The notes beneath the pieces were generated by a model. It was not told where the DNA came from and did not search any database. It saw nothing but the letters and a program-made list of their open reading frames with translations. A stretch of DNA of 59,981 bases, filler included, from Bipalium vagum (Eukaryota): NCBI GenBank assembly GCA_037834085.1. It is 3 parts of 3 records of this genome, joined end to end, with 100 filler letters (N's around TTAATTAATTAA, not from the genome) between each part and the next. Parts side by side here need not be neighbours in the genome. Positions count along the whole stretch, not along the records: positions 1 to 24,947 come from JBBMKC010198164.1; 2 more parts are not named here. One strand, 5' to 3'. Within the stretch, counting starts at the first letter, position 1; each line of letters starts with the position of its first letter. The position numbers and the translations under genes were made by a program. Shown here one piece after another: positions 12,391 to 25,047 of this stretch.

Positions 12391-12560
12391 AAAGATTAAC
12401 AACCTGCGCACTTTTGATGCCACTAAATCCAGAACGAGAACAAAACCATCTCATGTGATAATAGCTAAGTGGTTTTGTGAAAAAGAGAAAAAAATAATTG
12501 CAACATTGCAAAACACAAGTATTCTTACAGTGATATTATCAATAATAGATAAATGGTTAC

Positions 12561-12578
12561 CTGAGACTCTTGGACCAT
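12561..12578 (-). CDS. Putative first coding exon of the bZIP gene (MVQESQ)
   Basis: ATG GTC CAA GAG TCT CAG|gtaacc is a strong phase-0 donor compatible with the 11877 acceptor. There is no transcript support. Confidence 0.4.
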
Positions 12579-13044
12579 CGATCAGACATTCATGTCATCA
12601 AACAGTAGTTGAATTTGGTACACTGTTTTAGAAATTCGATCCACATGTTTCTTATCCCCAAATCATCAATGAATTAGGTGACGAAATCAATACACACAAT
12701 TGACAATGTTTTTGATTGCAATTGCCACGTGAAGGGACAAAATATTTCCTCTCAAAATAAAACCCATGCACACACCGACTCACAAACACACCCACACATA
12801 CACACCACACTGCATACAGATAATGTTAACTCGGCTCGTTTTTATTACCACAATGTTATGGCATAAAAATAAAGGGAAAGTAGATTTCTGTAATGGATTT
12901 TCATGACAATCTCTGGAAAAAATATGTATTCTGCTGTATTCTCCGTGTAAGCATGTTCAATTCTACAATATGTGAACGAAAACTGATTTGCCAACTAAAG
13001 CAGGGTTAATATCAAATTTCAACATCGATTTTGTTGGTAAACCG

Positions 13045-13054
13045 ATTGGCCAAT
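13045..13054. promoter_or_regulatory. Palindromic double CCAAT motif (ATTGGCCAAT) upstream of the bZIP gene
   Basis: Perfect 10-bp palindrome about 470 bp upstream of the putative exon-1 ATG, with a CACGTG E-box near 12726. Function is not demonstrated. Confidence 0.3.
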
Positions 13055-16049
13055 GGGAATTGGTGAAATGGGAAAAAATAGAATTGAATGGAACAAAAAC
13101 ACTGTACCATCAAACCGGTCATACCACAACAATGTCAGGGTAGAAAACTTTCGAATGAAATCAAAATAAGTAAGTACCCCAAATTGCGGTATGACTGTAT
13201 TTGGAGACATAACAATAATTTAATTCCATTAATTTAATTTTGGGAAATTGTTTATTAATTTGAACTGGTGATCGTTTAGTGAAGAAAACGTCGATTGATT
13301 TAAACAAATTGAAATGAATTAGTTTTTTTATTATCGATATTTCAATGGGCAAAAAAATACCAATTTATTTGACTTGGTCAGTGTGAAACTTGTGTGAATG
13401 ATTGGTCGAAAATATTTAAAAAAAAACGTTTTTTCTTCATTGTCCATATCATAAATTCACTGTTTATTGTTTGGTCTACTGACAGTTTTATTTCAGTCGG
13501 ATGTCAATAACTTCAAGTATTGAGTTTCAAATAGTATTGAGGAAAGAATTACGTTTATTCATACCAGGTCTCCACATAGTGTCAATCATTGAACATTGGC
13601 AGTTTTTTTTTGTAAATATACCAATGTTTGGGTTATATTAAAAATAAATTTCGTTTCGAGACAGTTACACAAAACGGTAATTTCAATACCGTAAAAAAAT
13701 AAACACCAAACAATGAACATCGTTCAGAAAGATGGAGCGAACTATGTTCAATACTTAAGTAATATTTTGGGCAAGTAAGAAAAAAAAGTTTCGTACAAAC
13801 AAAACGATACATTCCGCCGTCAATGAAATGATTAAAATGTTTGTATAATGATAGAATAACTTATGCAAACCAACGTAATCGAATTATGACGGAGAGAAAC
13901 AGTTTACGAAAAATTCCACCGACAGAAACAGTCTCAGTGGATTAATTTAAAAATCATGCCCAATCGCATCTTAAATGGATTTCAAACATTTTTATTGCAC
14001 ACATCAAATAAATCCGAACAATAATAAATCATTATTTTAATTGATAATTTCACGTTCAATTTTATCGGCGCACTTTTGAATTTGTTTAAATAAACAACAA
14101 GCAAAACAAAATTCAAATCAAATGTTTACGGTGGAAATTTAATTACAAGCTAATGAAAAAGAATCTGATAAGTTGAGAAGCTTCGCTTTATCAAGAAAAC
14201 TTTTGACAAGCGATGTCCATGGATTTTATTGATGGAAAATTGTAAATTGAACATCAAATGACAATAGCGAAATTGAAATGGTAGAAAATGAGAATGGGAA
14301 ATTGAATTTTCTCTCGCTCAGGCCGTTTAAGTTGCGGGGGAAAGTCGTTCGCTGTTCGCTGTTCACTGTTCGTTCTTGTTTTGTTTTTAATATTTTGATA
14401 ACGAAAACGATAAGTGGAAATTTCTGCAACAACAACAACGGCACAAAACGAGAGACGTTTTCGTACTTTAATGAAAATGTCGAAATTTGTTAATGGATTT
14501 TCTCCGGTTATTATTTACGAAGAGTGTTATCAACGATCAGGACTTTGGGTTAATTGACTATTACTTTGGTCGATAAAATAATAATAAATAATAAAAAATC
14601 TATTTCTCAATTGCTCACTTTAAAAACGTTATCAATAAATCGTTAAATTGAATAAAATTTCCTGTTTGTGTTATCAGTGAATGAAAAGGAGGGGTTTTGG
14701 GTTTTTCAAAAAAATAGAAACAATAAGGGTTTCGTTTTCCAAGGGAAAATGTTAATTACTTCTGTTAATTTACCTGGAACAAACAATGGAACGAGAAGAA
14801 ATTATAGTAATAATAAAAGGCTTGAAACCAAACTAAATAGTATTCGAGAGAAATTCAATAAACACTGTTAGGATTAATTATTAAAATGTATAGCCACATG
14901 TAATGGCAATGTAATTAGTAAAAAACAGAGTTAATGGAAGAAAATCATATATGACAGAATATAAGTAAATTCCCACAGGGCAAGTTTCGCATTTGTGACT
15001 AATAATCTAATCACAGGCTTAACAATTATTAAAACAGTTTTAGTGTTACTGAAATACGTCAATAATGCTTTTAATAGGGTGAAAGTTGTCAAATTATTAT
15101 TAATAATAATTTATAATAGTTATATCAACGAGGTAGTTCACTGCTGGACAGATTAGTAACCATATTTCGGGAATGGCAACACGAAATAGATAGATTGCCT
15201 TTCGACATTTGGTCTTTTTGTGTTTTTCTTTCTTTCCGCTCTTATTAGGATAATAATTAATATAAGCATTTCACGTTCTTTATTCTCTGATTGGGTTTTC
15301 AATTTGGAAAACCAAATGAAAACACCGTGAAGTAACGGTAACGTAAGGACAAAGTTGAGTATTTTTCATTTTGAAAATGAAAATATCGTTCGGAATCAAA
15401 TATCAAAAGTGAAATTTGTTCAATATGTAAAACACAATAGGGCAAAAATATTCTGTCAATATTAATGGCATTTTTAGAATAGCACTGAATCTAACACCCA
15501 ATGAGATTCGAGTAAAAGTCTGTGAATAATTTTAGAGAATAATCAAAGTGGTAAATGTTATAAAATGGAATAAAAATTCTGCTTCTCATAACAAATAGGA
15601 AATATCTGATGTGTATATATGAGAAAAATTCCAAATCTCAATTGGTAAATTTTTCATTTTTTCAGTGAAATAGACTGTAAAATTTGAGGATCTGTCACTG
15701 TTTAATAAATTTGAGTTTTCCCTCTATCACTACAGAGCGAGACGATTTCCGACGGATAAAAATTATATTTAGTCTTAGCATAATATTCACAGCAATCAGC
15801 CTTATCAAGAAATTAATTATACATTATTATAATATTATTAAATTATTAATACATTATTATTATAATTATTATTGCTTTTATTATTAATATTAATATTAAT
15901 AGTATTATTATTTATATTATTAAAATAATAATAATTATTATTATTTATTATTATTATTATATTTATTAAAAATAATAATGTTATCAAAAAATTTTGCAGA
16001 AATTGCATATTTCAAGATCGATAAGAGATTTTTGGAAAAATCTATTTGA

Positions 16050-16530
16050 AACAGATGAAAAAGAAAAGATTCATTTCTTTCACAGAAAAGTATCATTATC
16101 ACGAGAAATATATCTCCTGGCCAGACTTAGCACCAGCTCATTATGCGAAAAGTGTTACAATCCACTGACAAGAGAAAACGTTCAACTTCATAGAAAAAGG
16201 AGACAATTCACCAAACGTCACTGAAATTTGCCCAATTGATGATTTTTGGGGTATTCTAAAATGATCGGTCTACAAGAACAATTGGATAGCCGAAATCCGG
16301 AAAAATTCAAGAATAGAATCAAATATTTTTTAAAAAATTAGGCTTAGTTCAGTCTAAACAAAATAGAGTCGATTCTGTCCGAAGATATGGTGCTGTTGAA
16401 TGTCCAAGACTTTATTAATAAAATATTCATTATTTATACTTTCAAAGGCTTTGCACTTTTAGTTTGATATAAAGTTTTAAGGGAATCATTCCTCTTCAAC
16501 TGTAGACCGGATATTTTTATCTACACCCAT
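16050..16530 (+). mobile_element. DD37E-type (ITmD37E-like) transposase 3' remnant
   Basis: Translation gives WPDLAPAHYAKSV...DNSPNVTEICPIDDFWGILK*SVYKNNWIAE, matching the family motifs FWPDLASxHY and NPPNxPxLRPIExFW. A TIR-like end lies near 16508-16530. Confidence 0.8.
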
Positions 16531-17378
16531 TATTCACACCAACGTCTCCTAATTTGTATAGCCAAAATAATACGCTACTCCACAAATATCTTCTGGTACT
16601 ATTGTAAGTCTTAGAATAAAATTGAGCACTGAAAGTCATACATCGTCCAAGAGAACCAACAAACAAGATTCAAAAATTGAGTGACATCACCCTTAAGCAT
16701 AGGCATCTGACAGAGTAACATAACGTTTTTACTGGTATGTCTCAGAGTCACCGATCCATTTTGATAAATTATTGAGTGAAATCATTTTTTTATTTATATT
16801 CAAATAAAAATTCGGAGGTCTCCGAAATTATCACATTATTTTTGACAAAAGATTTCGTAGTTAAAATTGAAAAAGTTTTGAAATAATCCACTTTTAAACA
16901 AAAGTTATTTACCAACTGTTTTATTTTATTTGTTCAACGATCATTTAGAAAGGTACCTAGAAGTAGGGCGTGAAAGGTTCACACAAAGAGAGGCTTTCAT
17001 AATTAAACTTTTGCATCCAATGTTCAGTCTCTCAAGACACTCAAAGATCATCTCCGAGTTTCTTTCGGAATTTAAAAAAACTTTTAACGTTTTCTGTTCT
17101 TTTGCCGGATGCAACGTTATTAGCTACAGTTATTAGTTACAGTTTCAGCTGAATGCCAGTGGAAGAAGGCAGCAATTTGATTCACAAGCTCTGTAATGAA
17201 GTTCTATAATTATGTGGTCCATCCAGTGCACTTGTTATCTAAATTTGTTTATACATTATTTAATCAAATTCGTTTGTATATGATACAAATTTTACAGGTG
17301 ATTTTTTCTTAGAATTCAAAGTATCACATGATGCGTTACGTAAAATAAAATAATTATTATATATTAAGAAATTAAATA

Positions 17379-17530
17379 TTAGATTTGTGCAAAAATAGTG
17401 TCGATTTTTAACTGAGAAAGTAAAAAAAATAACACTGAGATAAAATCAAACGTTTTAAATCAAAATACAATCCATGAGATTCTATGCAATTCTGCCAATG
17501 ATTAACGAGTTTATTGATCCAACTTGAATA
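17379..17530 (-). mobile_element. Mariner 3' end fragment
   Basis: TIR TTAGATTTGTGCAAAAATAG is related to the element at 1379. The minus-strand reading is INKLVNHWQNCIESHGLYFD. Confidence 0.75.
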
Positions 17531-17809
17531 ATATAATACAATATTTATTTTATAGTACTTTTATTGATCAGAATGAAATGATTGAAGGATAAGAAAAGAT
17601 ATTAATATAATAACGGGATTTTTATTAAAGAAAACCACAAAACCAAAGTTCTTAACGATTTTTAACAAAGGTTCAATTTTAGTAATATTAGAAATATTAA
17701 CCAAAATCATGTTCTCGTTATTTTTTTTAATAATTCTTATTATATTAAGCGAAAATTATAATTATATTAATACCATTTAAATGTAAGCTTATAGTGTTAA
17801 AGGGTTTGT

Positions 17810-18490
17810 ATAAGGTAAGTATCGATTTTAAAATGTATTCCACAAAAATATAATCAACATAAGACTGCAGATTTTGCCACAGTATCAATTATTTATCAAC
17901 ATTTAATATTTTCCTACAGAATGGACATTAACACTTAATAATTTCTTTAAGCGATTTTAAAAGTCAATTATAAAATTTTGACACATTTCTGGTGATAACC
18001 TTCTCGTCTTCATTTGAAGAATATTTTTCAAGTCTTGCATATCTTTTCATTTTCTTTTATATACTAGTGTCTTTAGATGCCTCAAAAAGGAAGAAATAAA
18101 TCTGCTTTATTTCATCTTCAATTGGTGGTCTTCCAGTCTTCCAAAGATCACAGATATTTCCAATCCCACTGAAGTTTAAGAAGATCTTCCTTATTTTTAG
18201 TTGTATGAATCATTGTCAAGCGTTCTAAATACCCTCTGAATTATATGACTGATTCCATCTTAGTAAAAAAATGCACTTTTTCTTCAATGGAGAACATTAT
18301 TAATTGGCAGAAATTAAAATTGATAACATCGGCTCATTAAAACAAATGAACATTTACAATGAATTTCGGAAATTCAGTTTCTTAGAAAAACGTAACTTGA
18401 ATATATTTAATTATGATATATATATGTTGCCGAACTCCACAATCCTAAACTTGCTTTATGTACACAATTTATATCAATACTATACATTAT
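17810..18490 (-). mobile_element. Deleted Tc1/mariner-superfamily derivative
   Basis: MFSIEEK..F and FSGIGNICDLWKTGRPPI N-terminal pieces; the ends are weakly inverted. Confidence 0.5.
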
Positions 18491-19479
18491 AGTCGCTCAA
18501 ATGTTGGCATTCCACAATGACAATGTTTAAAATATAAAAACATTTGTGCTTCTTCAACAAAGTAAGATTTCTCTCCACCAATTTCCTCATTTGATGCCGA
18601 TCTACTGAATTCTTTGACAGAAACAGAACATAAATTATGTGGAATTAACTCCTTTGTCACTTTAATTGGATAAATAATTTTAAAAGTATTTAGGGCTTTT
18701 ATCCCTATTGGGGTCGGATTTAAAAACCATTGACATTTGAATTCAGATTCTGAACATTATGACTGGTAGGACCTAAAATACAGAAAGATCAATTTCATTA
18801 GAAAAAATAAATAATAATATTAAATTCTTACATTAAAAGGAATATAATAAAACAAAAATCAATTTTAAGAAATTTATTTATATACAGAAAGATTAAATAT
18901 TTTTAATTTTTTATCATAATTATGTTTTATTAATATTAAAACTATTTCTAAATATTAAAAATGAAATTCTTTCTGTATTACTTTTGACAATAATCAATAT
19001 ATCAATGAATATTTTATTTCCATTAATTGAACATTATTTTCGATTTTTTAAAAATTTTTATTAATTTTCAATAAAATAATATTATTTTATAAATCTGGAA
19101 AATTATAAAGCACGTTTTTCACAATTTTTTTGGGAAATATCTCTATTTTAGATACATGACGGTCATAAACGACGCCGCGTGATATTTTCGCTATTGAAGA
19201 TAAAATTTTAATATTTAATTTTAATGTTTTAATGAATCAGATAATTTTTATAATTGGAAAAACATTGGTAATGATAAATTTCTTTGGTAAATCACGGAAA
19301 TCCCTTTGTACAAGATGTCATGGAGAGGAGATTGGGTCATGGCAATCGCCACACAGTTTTAAGTAAGCCGCTCTTTAATATTTTTTAAAAAAATATTTAT
19401 TAATTCACCTTTATTTGTATTTTTAATTTTTAAAAAAATTTTATTCAATTTCTTTTAATTATTGTAATATTTACCATAA

Positions 19480-19619
19480 NNNNNNNNNNNNNNNNNNNNN
19501 NNNNNNNNNNNNNNNNNNNNNNNNNNNNNNNNNNNNNNNNNNNNNNNNNNNNNNNNNNNNNNNNNNNNNNNNNNNNNNNNNNNNNNNNNNNNNNNNNNNN
19601 NNNNNNNNNNNNNNNNNNN
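19480..19619. other. Assembly gap (N run)
   Basis: 140 Ns. Confidence 1.
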
Positions 19620-19899
19620 TATTAATTTTTCTATGAGGAATACATTTGGTTTGGTAAATAGAAATTAATATTTGATAGAAAAGAGAGTTTTTGTACGGTT
19701 ATATTTACAAGATGGAAACTAAAAAAATCAAAAATATTTATTTCCATCCAGTAAAACAAAGATAAATAATACAGTCATTTAAAAGAAAGTAGGTTCTACT
19801 GGTTCAACAAATAAAAAATAATATTTTAAGTGACAATTTTCTTCCAAAATGGTTCTTTGATATATTTTATAAGATTTGCTTTTGAAATGATAATCTCCA

Positions 19900-20390
19900 T
19901 AGATTTCTGCTCATGTGATGAATCAATATCCAAGCTCTGTATAACTTCGCAATAAGGTGTAGATGATCGCGGACAATTTTCTTACCACAGTGAAATCCGA
20001 TTCAGTCAATTGTCATACAGCTTCATTATCGAGAATCGATGGTTGACTGATCTTCGCTAAGTCTTCTAGGCGTCTATCACCATTTCTGAATCGATTGAAC
20101 CACTGAGTCTCTTTCAATCCATTCTTTTCATAATTTTTTAAAATCTTTAGGTGAGCAAAATTTTGTAGGAGAGCCATGGTCAAATTCATACAGTTGATGG
20201 TGTTCAATATATGTTTTATCTGCATCCATATTTTGATATTTAAAAATGTATCTAACAACGATATTATTTAAACAAATAATCGATTAAATATCCACCTAAT
20301 ACTTAAATCTAATTTTATTTATAAGCAACTAATCTAATATGAAATAAGTGCGATTAAGATGGTACTTACAAAATCGCCGGTTTCTTTTCG
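19900..20390 (-). mobile_element. Mariner N-terminal fragment
   Basis: ORF 20013-20258 contains TQWFNRFRNGDRRLEDLAKISQPSILDNEAV, the mariner WFxRFxxGDxxLEDxxRxGRP motif. Confidence 0.75.
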
Positions 20391-20759
20391 AAGTACTTTT
20401 CTATTATGAATTACAATTCGATGGATGTTATCATTAGATCTACAAATATGACTCCGCCGTTTTTATTTTTTATAATAAAAATTAAAATGAAATTATTTTT
20501 TTGTAATTTGTTGTTATTTAAATAATATTCACTTTGAGCTCTAATTATAATAATATAATAATTTTTTAAATAGTTTGCACATCATTAATTATTTACTATT
20601 TTAGATGACAACATTCGTACCGTTTTCGGGAAGCTTTAATATAATTAAAATATAAAATTAAAATTATTAATCAAAACAATTTATCATTTAAACAATAAAT
20701 ATTTTCATATTTTTATTTTATGTTTATGTATTCCTGCATCCCGAGAAAATAATTATAAT

Positions 20760-22070
20760 ATTTGATTTCGTGCTTGTTTCCTCTAGATGAGCTGATCTAA
20801 GAGCAACTTCGCCCAACCACGAGGAACCCAGACTTCCCGACTGTTTGCTACAAAATACATAAAAGGAAAAATAATTACAATATGCCTTCACTAATGTGTC
20901 AGACCTCTGATGGTTCTGTCAACCGCTGGGTCTCGATCATTTAATTAGTCCCAACGAATCCTTCTCCAAGTTCAGCAGAAGACTGAAGAAAAGCTTTCCT
21001 CCCCGTATAAATTACAATGGATATCTGTAGACGAAATCACAAGTGGTCGAACTTGCATGCTTGTTGGGGATGTTTTCCTTGATTGACGTTGATCAAAGAT
21101 TCATTAGCGGTTGGGCAAAAATCAATATGAAAATTAGATTTTATATAATAATTGAGCTGAAAGTGATTTTGACCAGAAATTGATGAGGTTTACCATTCGT
21201 TTGGTAAATTAATGAACAACTGTTTCGCTGTCAACCTGCTGAAAATTATTGATAGTTTAAGCTGATCGTAATTTTCGCTATATACGAATATTTTGTTTTA
21301 CCAGGCCAGAGAGGTGGTCGTTAGATTTGTGGAAGATATCGGCCATTTATCTCACATTAGTTAGTCAAATGAGATTTAAAAGCCCATTCAACCTCCTTTC
21401 GTCCGTACCGTCAATGGGCGTGATGAGACCAATTCTGAAACGTGAATAAAAGAATTAATCACGGAAAAATATTCCATTGTCCGTTTTGAGGAGATCATTA
21501 ACAGAATATTGGGATTTCTTACAGATTTCCCAGTCGAAAGCTGAACTTTAGCGCGGACTCGGCTCGTTTAACGACACCGTAGGTCTTCGGGCATCTGTTA
21601 CATGGTAATTAAATTTCAGGCATCATAGGCTGGACGAACATTGTGCGGTGTTGAGTCTGCCAAATGTGGCTCCATTCGGAAAATGGTAATTTTTCCGAGC
21701 CCCTCAATTCTCATCTGAAAAGGGAATTATATCATTTCTGTTGTTGAATAGGGAAAATTTACATATTTCCCGAACTTGGGCTAGCATAAACATTCTACAA
21801 AGAGAAATGGCAGAAATAATTTGATAAATCAACATTGATTAAGCTAAAGAAATTTTAACAAGATTTCATAAGCGTTTAAAGTGATTTGCATTTGATTACT
21901 TGGTAAGCCTCGTCGACCTAAATGAAGCAGAGATTATCAGAATAAGATTGGAATCAATTTCAGAAAGGGACAGACTTTCGGACCTGAGATCTTTAGACTT
22001 TTCTATGATTCTCTTGTCTACGTCGTATTGAGTTGGAGGATAATTTCAGTGCAACTGAACAGTGCTGTGA
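20760..22070 (-). pseudogene. Unidentified decayed multi-exon sequence
   Basis: GC-richer blocks are separated by short gt...ag segments (21715-21762, 21795-21899, 21918-21983), and every frame is interrupted by stops. Confidence 0.35.
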
Positions 22071-22149
22071 TGTCACTTTAATTTTTATTTTGTTTTACTG
22101 CACTGCTTTTATTATTTAAAAATCACATTTTTGAAAAATTTCCAAATGA

Positions 22150-22350
22150 TTCAAAACAACATTTCTAAATCTAATTTTCTTTTCTTTTAATAAAGGTCCA
22201 AAAGCAGAAGAAGTGGTTTTGGGTATTTGTGTTGCCTACAGAGAGGATGTAATGGTCTGAAGGACTGCGAATGATTGGTTCACAGAATTTTGAAATCACA
22301 CGTCACTCCACCTGGGTGTCCAAGTTCGATGAGAATGAATTATTACATAA
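22150..22350 (+). mobile_element. Mariner N-terminal fragment
   Basis: Translation gives LIFFSFNKGPKAEEVVLGICVAYREDVMV*RTANDWFTEF. Confidence 0.7.
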
Positions 22351-22559
22351 TTGTATGAAACGTTTAGTGAAAAGGTGAAAGAAGATCTTTAAATAATGAA
22401 ATGGATTACATAACTCATTAACTTGCTATTTTGAAAATTGTAGTGAATTAATATTTTTGATAAAGACCAAAAAGTCGTAGACTTTTGATCAGAATGAGAT
22501 CGTGCATTATCATGATGTATGGTAATTGAGAGAAGACTTAAATGAATTCTTTTGTTTCT

Positions 22560-23220
22560 AATTGCTCTTTTCAGTTTTTAATAGTTTTCCTTGTTATTTG
22601 CTTCATGATTTCCCAGAAAATCAATAAGAATTATTCCTTCTTTGTGCCAGAAAGATGTCACCATAATTGTTCGCCGTACTCTCAAAATCTTTGGTTTATT
22701 CTTCTTGTGGGTGAATTAAGGGGATACCACTTCTTGCTTTCTTCAGTTTTCTCTGGGTCATGATGGTAAATCCCTGTTTCACCATCACATATCAAACTTT
22801 TAAATAAATCTTCTTGTGATCAATATTTACGCAGAAGATTTACATTCTTTGCGTCTTCATTTCAGGACTTTACATTTGTGGAACCCAGAAAGACACAATC
22901 TTTTGAAACCCAATTTATTAATTATTGAACAAATACTTCTAACAGATATTTTGAAAGATTTAGACAAATCGATAATCTTTATGTATCGATTATCACAGAT
23001 TAAACCAATAACAAATTTAGAATTTGAATCGTTCATACTAGTTATGGTCTTCAGTTTTTGGGCTTGTTTAAAATATTGAAATCTTCGTTTTTAATTAATT
23101 TATTCATCTTCTAACGTTGTCGATATTAATTATCTCATTTTTATATACATACCATGTAAATGTATCACCAGATGAAAAAAACTATCACGCTCTAGTGTTT
23201 AATTTCTTGCTTATTTCATG
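22560..23220 (-). mobile_element. Decayed mariner transposase fragment (irritans-like motifs)
   Basis: Translation gives ISVRSICSIINKLGFKR..WVPQM, ICDGETGIYHHDPEKTEESKKW and IMVTSFWHKEGIILIDFL. Confidence 0.8.
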
Positions 23221-24634
23221 GGCCATAATTTTTAAAATAATATATTTAAACAAAAGTAACAAAGCTTTTTAAAAATCATAATTCTTGATATTCATAAGTA
23301 AATGGGTTTTTATTTATAAACACCAATGTTTGTTACCGTATTTGCACACAGACTACACTTTTTGAAGGACTCGGTATTACTTTGTAACAATGATTATAAT
23401 TCTATAAACATAAGAAATAATTTGTAGTTAATCTAAATCTTAAAATATAAAAATATTTAATTTATTATTTTTAGATTTTATATTTTATTAAAATAATTTA
23501 AAAATAATATTTAATTAAAATTAATAAAATATTTATGAGTATCGCTTACAAAGTATCGAATTCAAAAACGAAGTTCATCTCGTCGGGACTCCGTTTTGGA
23601 ATTATTCGAAAGTTGAAAATAAAGTAAAAATACAAAGTGAATTATTAATATTGGTAATTGTGTTTCTTTCTCACAAATTAATAATAATAAATCAATATCA
23701 TTTTTTTAAAAATTCACTTAAAAATATTTTATTATTCATTATTATTAATAAAATCATAATATTTTGGCAAGAATGTGTAGAGTAAAAATAATGATTATAT
23801 TCTTAATAATTTAAAAAACAAAATAATTAAATAAAATAAAAAAAATGATGAATAAATTACGAAAAATATGAAATTAATTTTGTTTTAACATTGAAGCTTT
23901 ATTATTAATAATATATTATTGTTAACATTGATAAACGTAAAGGTCCAAAATTCATAAAGCAACATTAACAATTGCAGGACTTGCGCAGTAGCTATCATGC
24001 ATCAGTTATAAATAAAATATAAAAATAAATAAATAATGTTTCATTTTGATAACCAGCTCATTGTTTATCCAGGGTTTTAATAATTGGAAGTTAAGTTTAA
24101 GGCATAAGAAGAAAAATATTTCATTGAATCATTTAAACAAAAATAGATTTCAAGGTTCTTGATTTGTTAAATAGTCTAATATAATATCTTGATGACGTCA
24201 GTCTTTTGATTTGTTTATTAAGAGTTATATCACATCAAAGTAATTATATTTAATATGATGAAAATTTGTCAGTAAACCTTCATGTTAGAAAATATAATTA
24301 TTTTTCGAATGAAATATAAACAAAACTTATCTAAGAGTGAACATTTACAAAACCCAAATTAAAACCCAAATATAAATAAAGATCTAAGCATCATAAACAT
24401 TGAGATTCTTTATTTTAAAATCCGTATTTACTTTTGTTAAATAATATATCTATATATTTTTATAATATTTTCATTTTAATATTTTTATCTGAAACAGCTT
24501 GACAATTGTTTTCTGCAATTAACTTTCTCCGAAAATTTAATGTTTTTATATTTTTTAAATAATCAGTATATAACATTAACTTAATAATTGAAATTAATAT
24601 AATTATAATACATGTTACAATAATAAATTTTTTG

Positions 24635-24930
24635 AAGTAACTCTGGTATTTTCTGTCATGAGCTGCACCTTGACCAATGGCGATACAGATATTCTTGACG
24701 GCTTCTGTTGTCTTTCCTCCGAACTGGAGCTCATAAAGCGTTCAGTGTCTAATATGATTTTTATCGACCATTTTAAAATTCAAAAACCCTGAATAAAATA
24801 AATCAATAAAAAATCTTTATGTAGTAAAACACATTCGCTATATATATATAGCGCTAATTGAATCTTCAACTGGTTTAAAGGTTGTTAATAATTTTGACAC
24901 AAACGTTTTTAAAACAAACAAACGACATTA
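24635..24930 (-). mobile_element. Mariner 5' fragment
   Basis: Translation gives MVDKNHIRH*TLYELQFGGKTTEAVKNICIAIGQGA. Confidence 0.75.
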
Positions 24931-24947
24931 ATTCTTACTAGACATGA

Positions 24948-25047
24948 NNNNNNNNNNNNNNNNNNNNNNNNNNNNNNNNNNNNNNNNNNNNTTAATTAAT
25001 TAANNNNNNNNNNNNNNNNNNNNNNNNNNNNNNNNNNNNNNNNNNNN
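24948..25047. other. Artificial scaffold spacer N44-TTAATTAATTAA-N44
   Basis: Exactly 100 bp. The 12-mer encodes stops in all six frames, and the spacer is identical to the one at 42991. Confidence 0.97.

Noticed and set aside
12195-12392. Plus-strand ORF with HQHQHQH
   Set aside because: It has a GTG start, is short, and is explained by the (CACCAG)n repeat.
12600-15700. CArG/SRE box expected for a fos promoter
   Set aside because: I found no CC(A/T)6GG match by eye.
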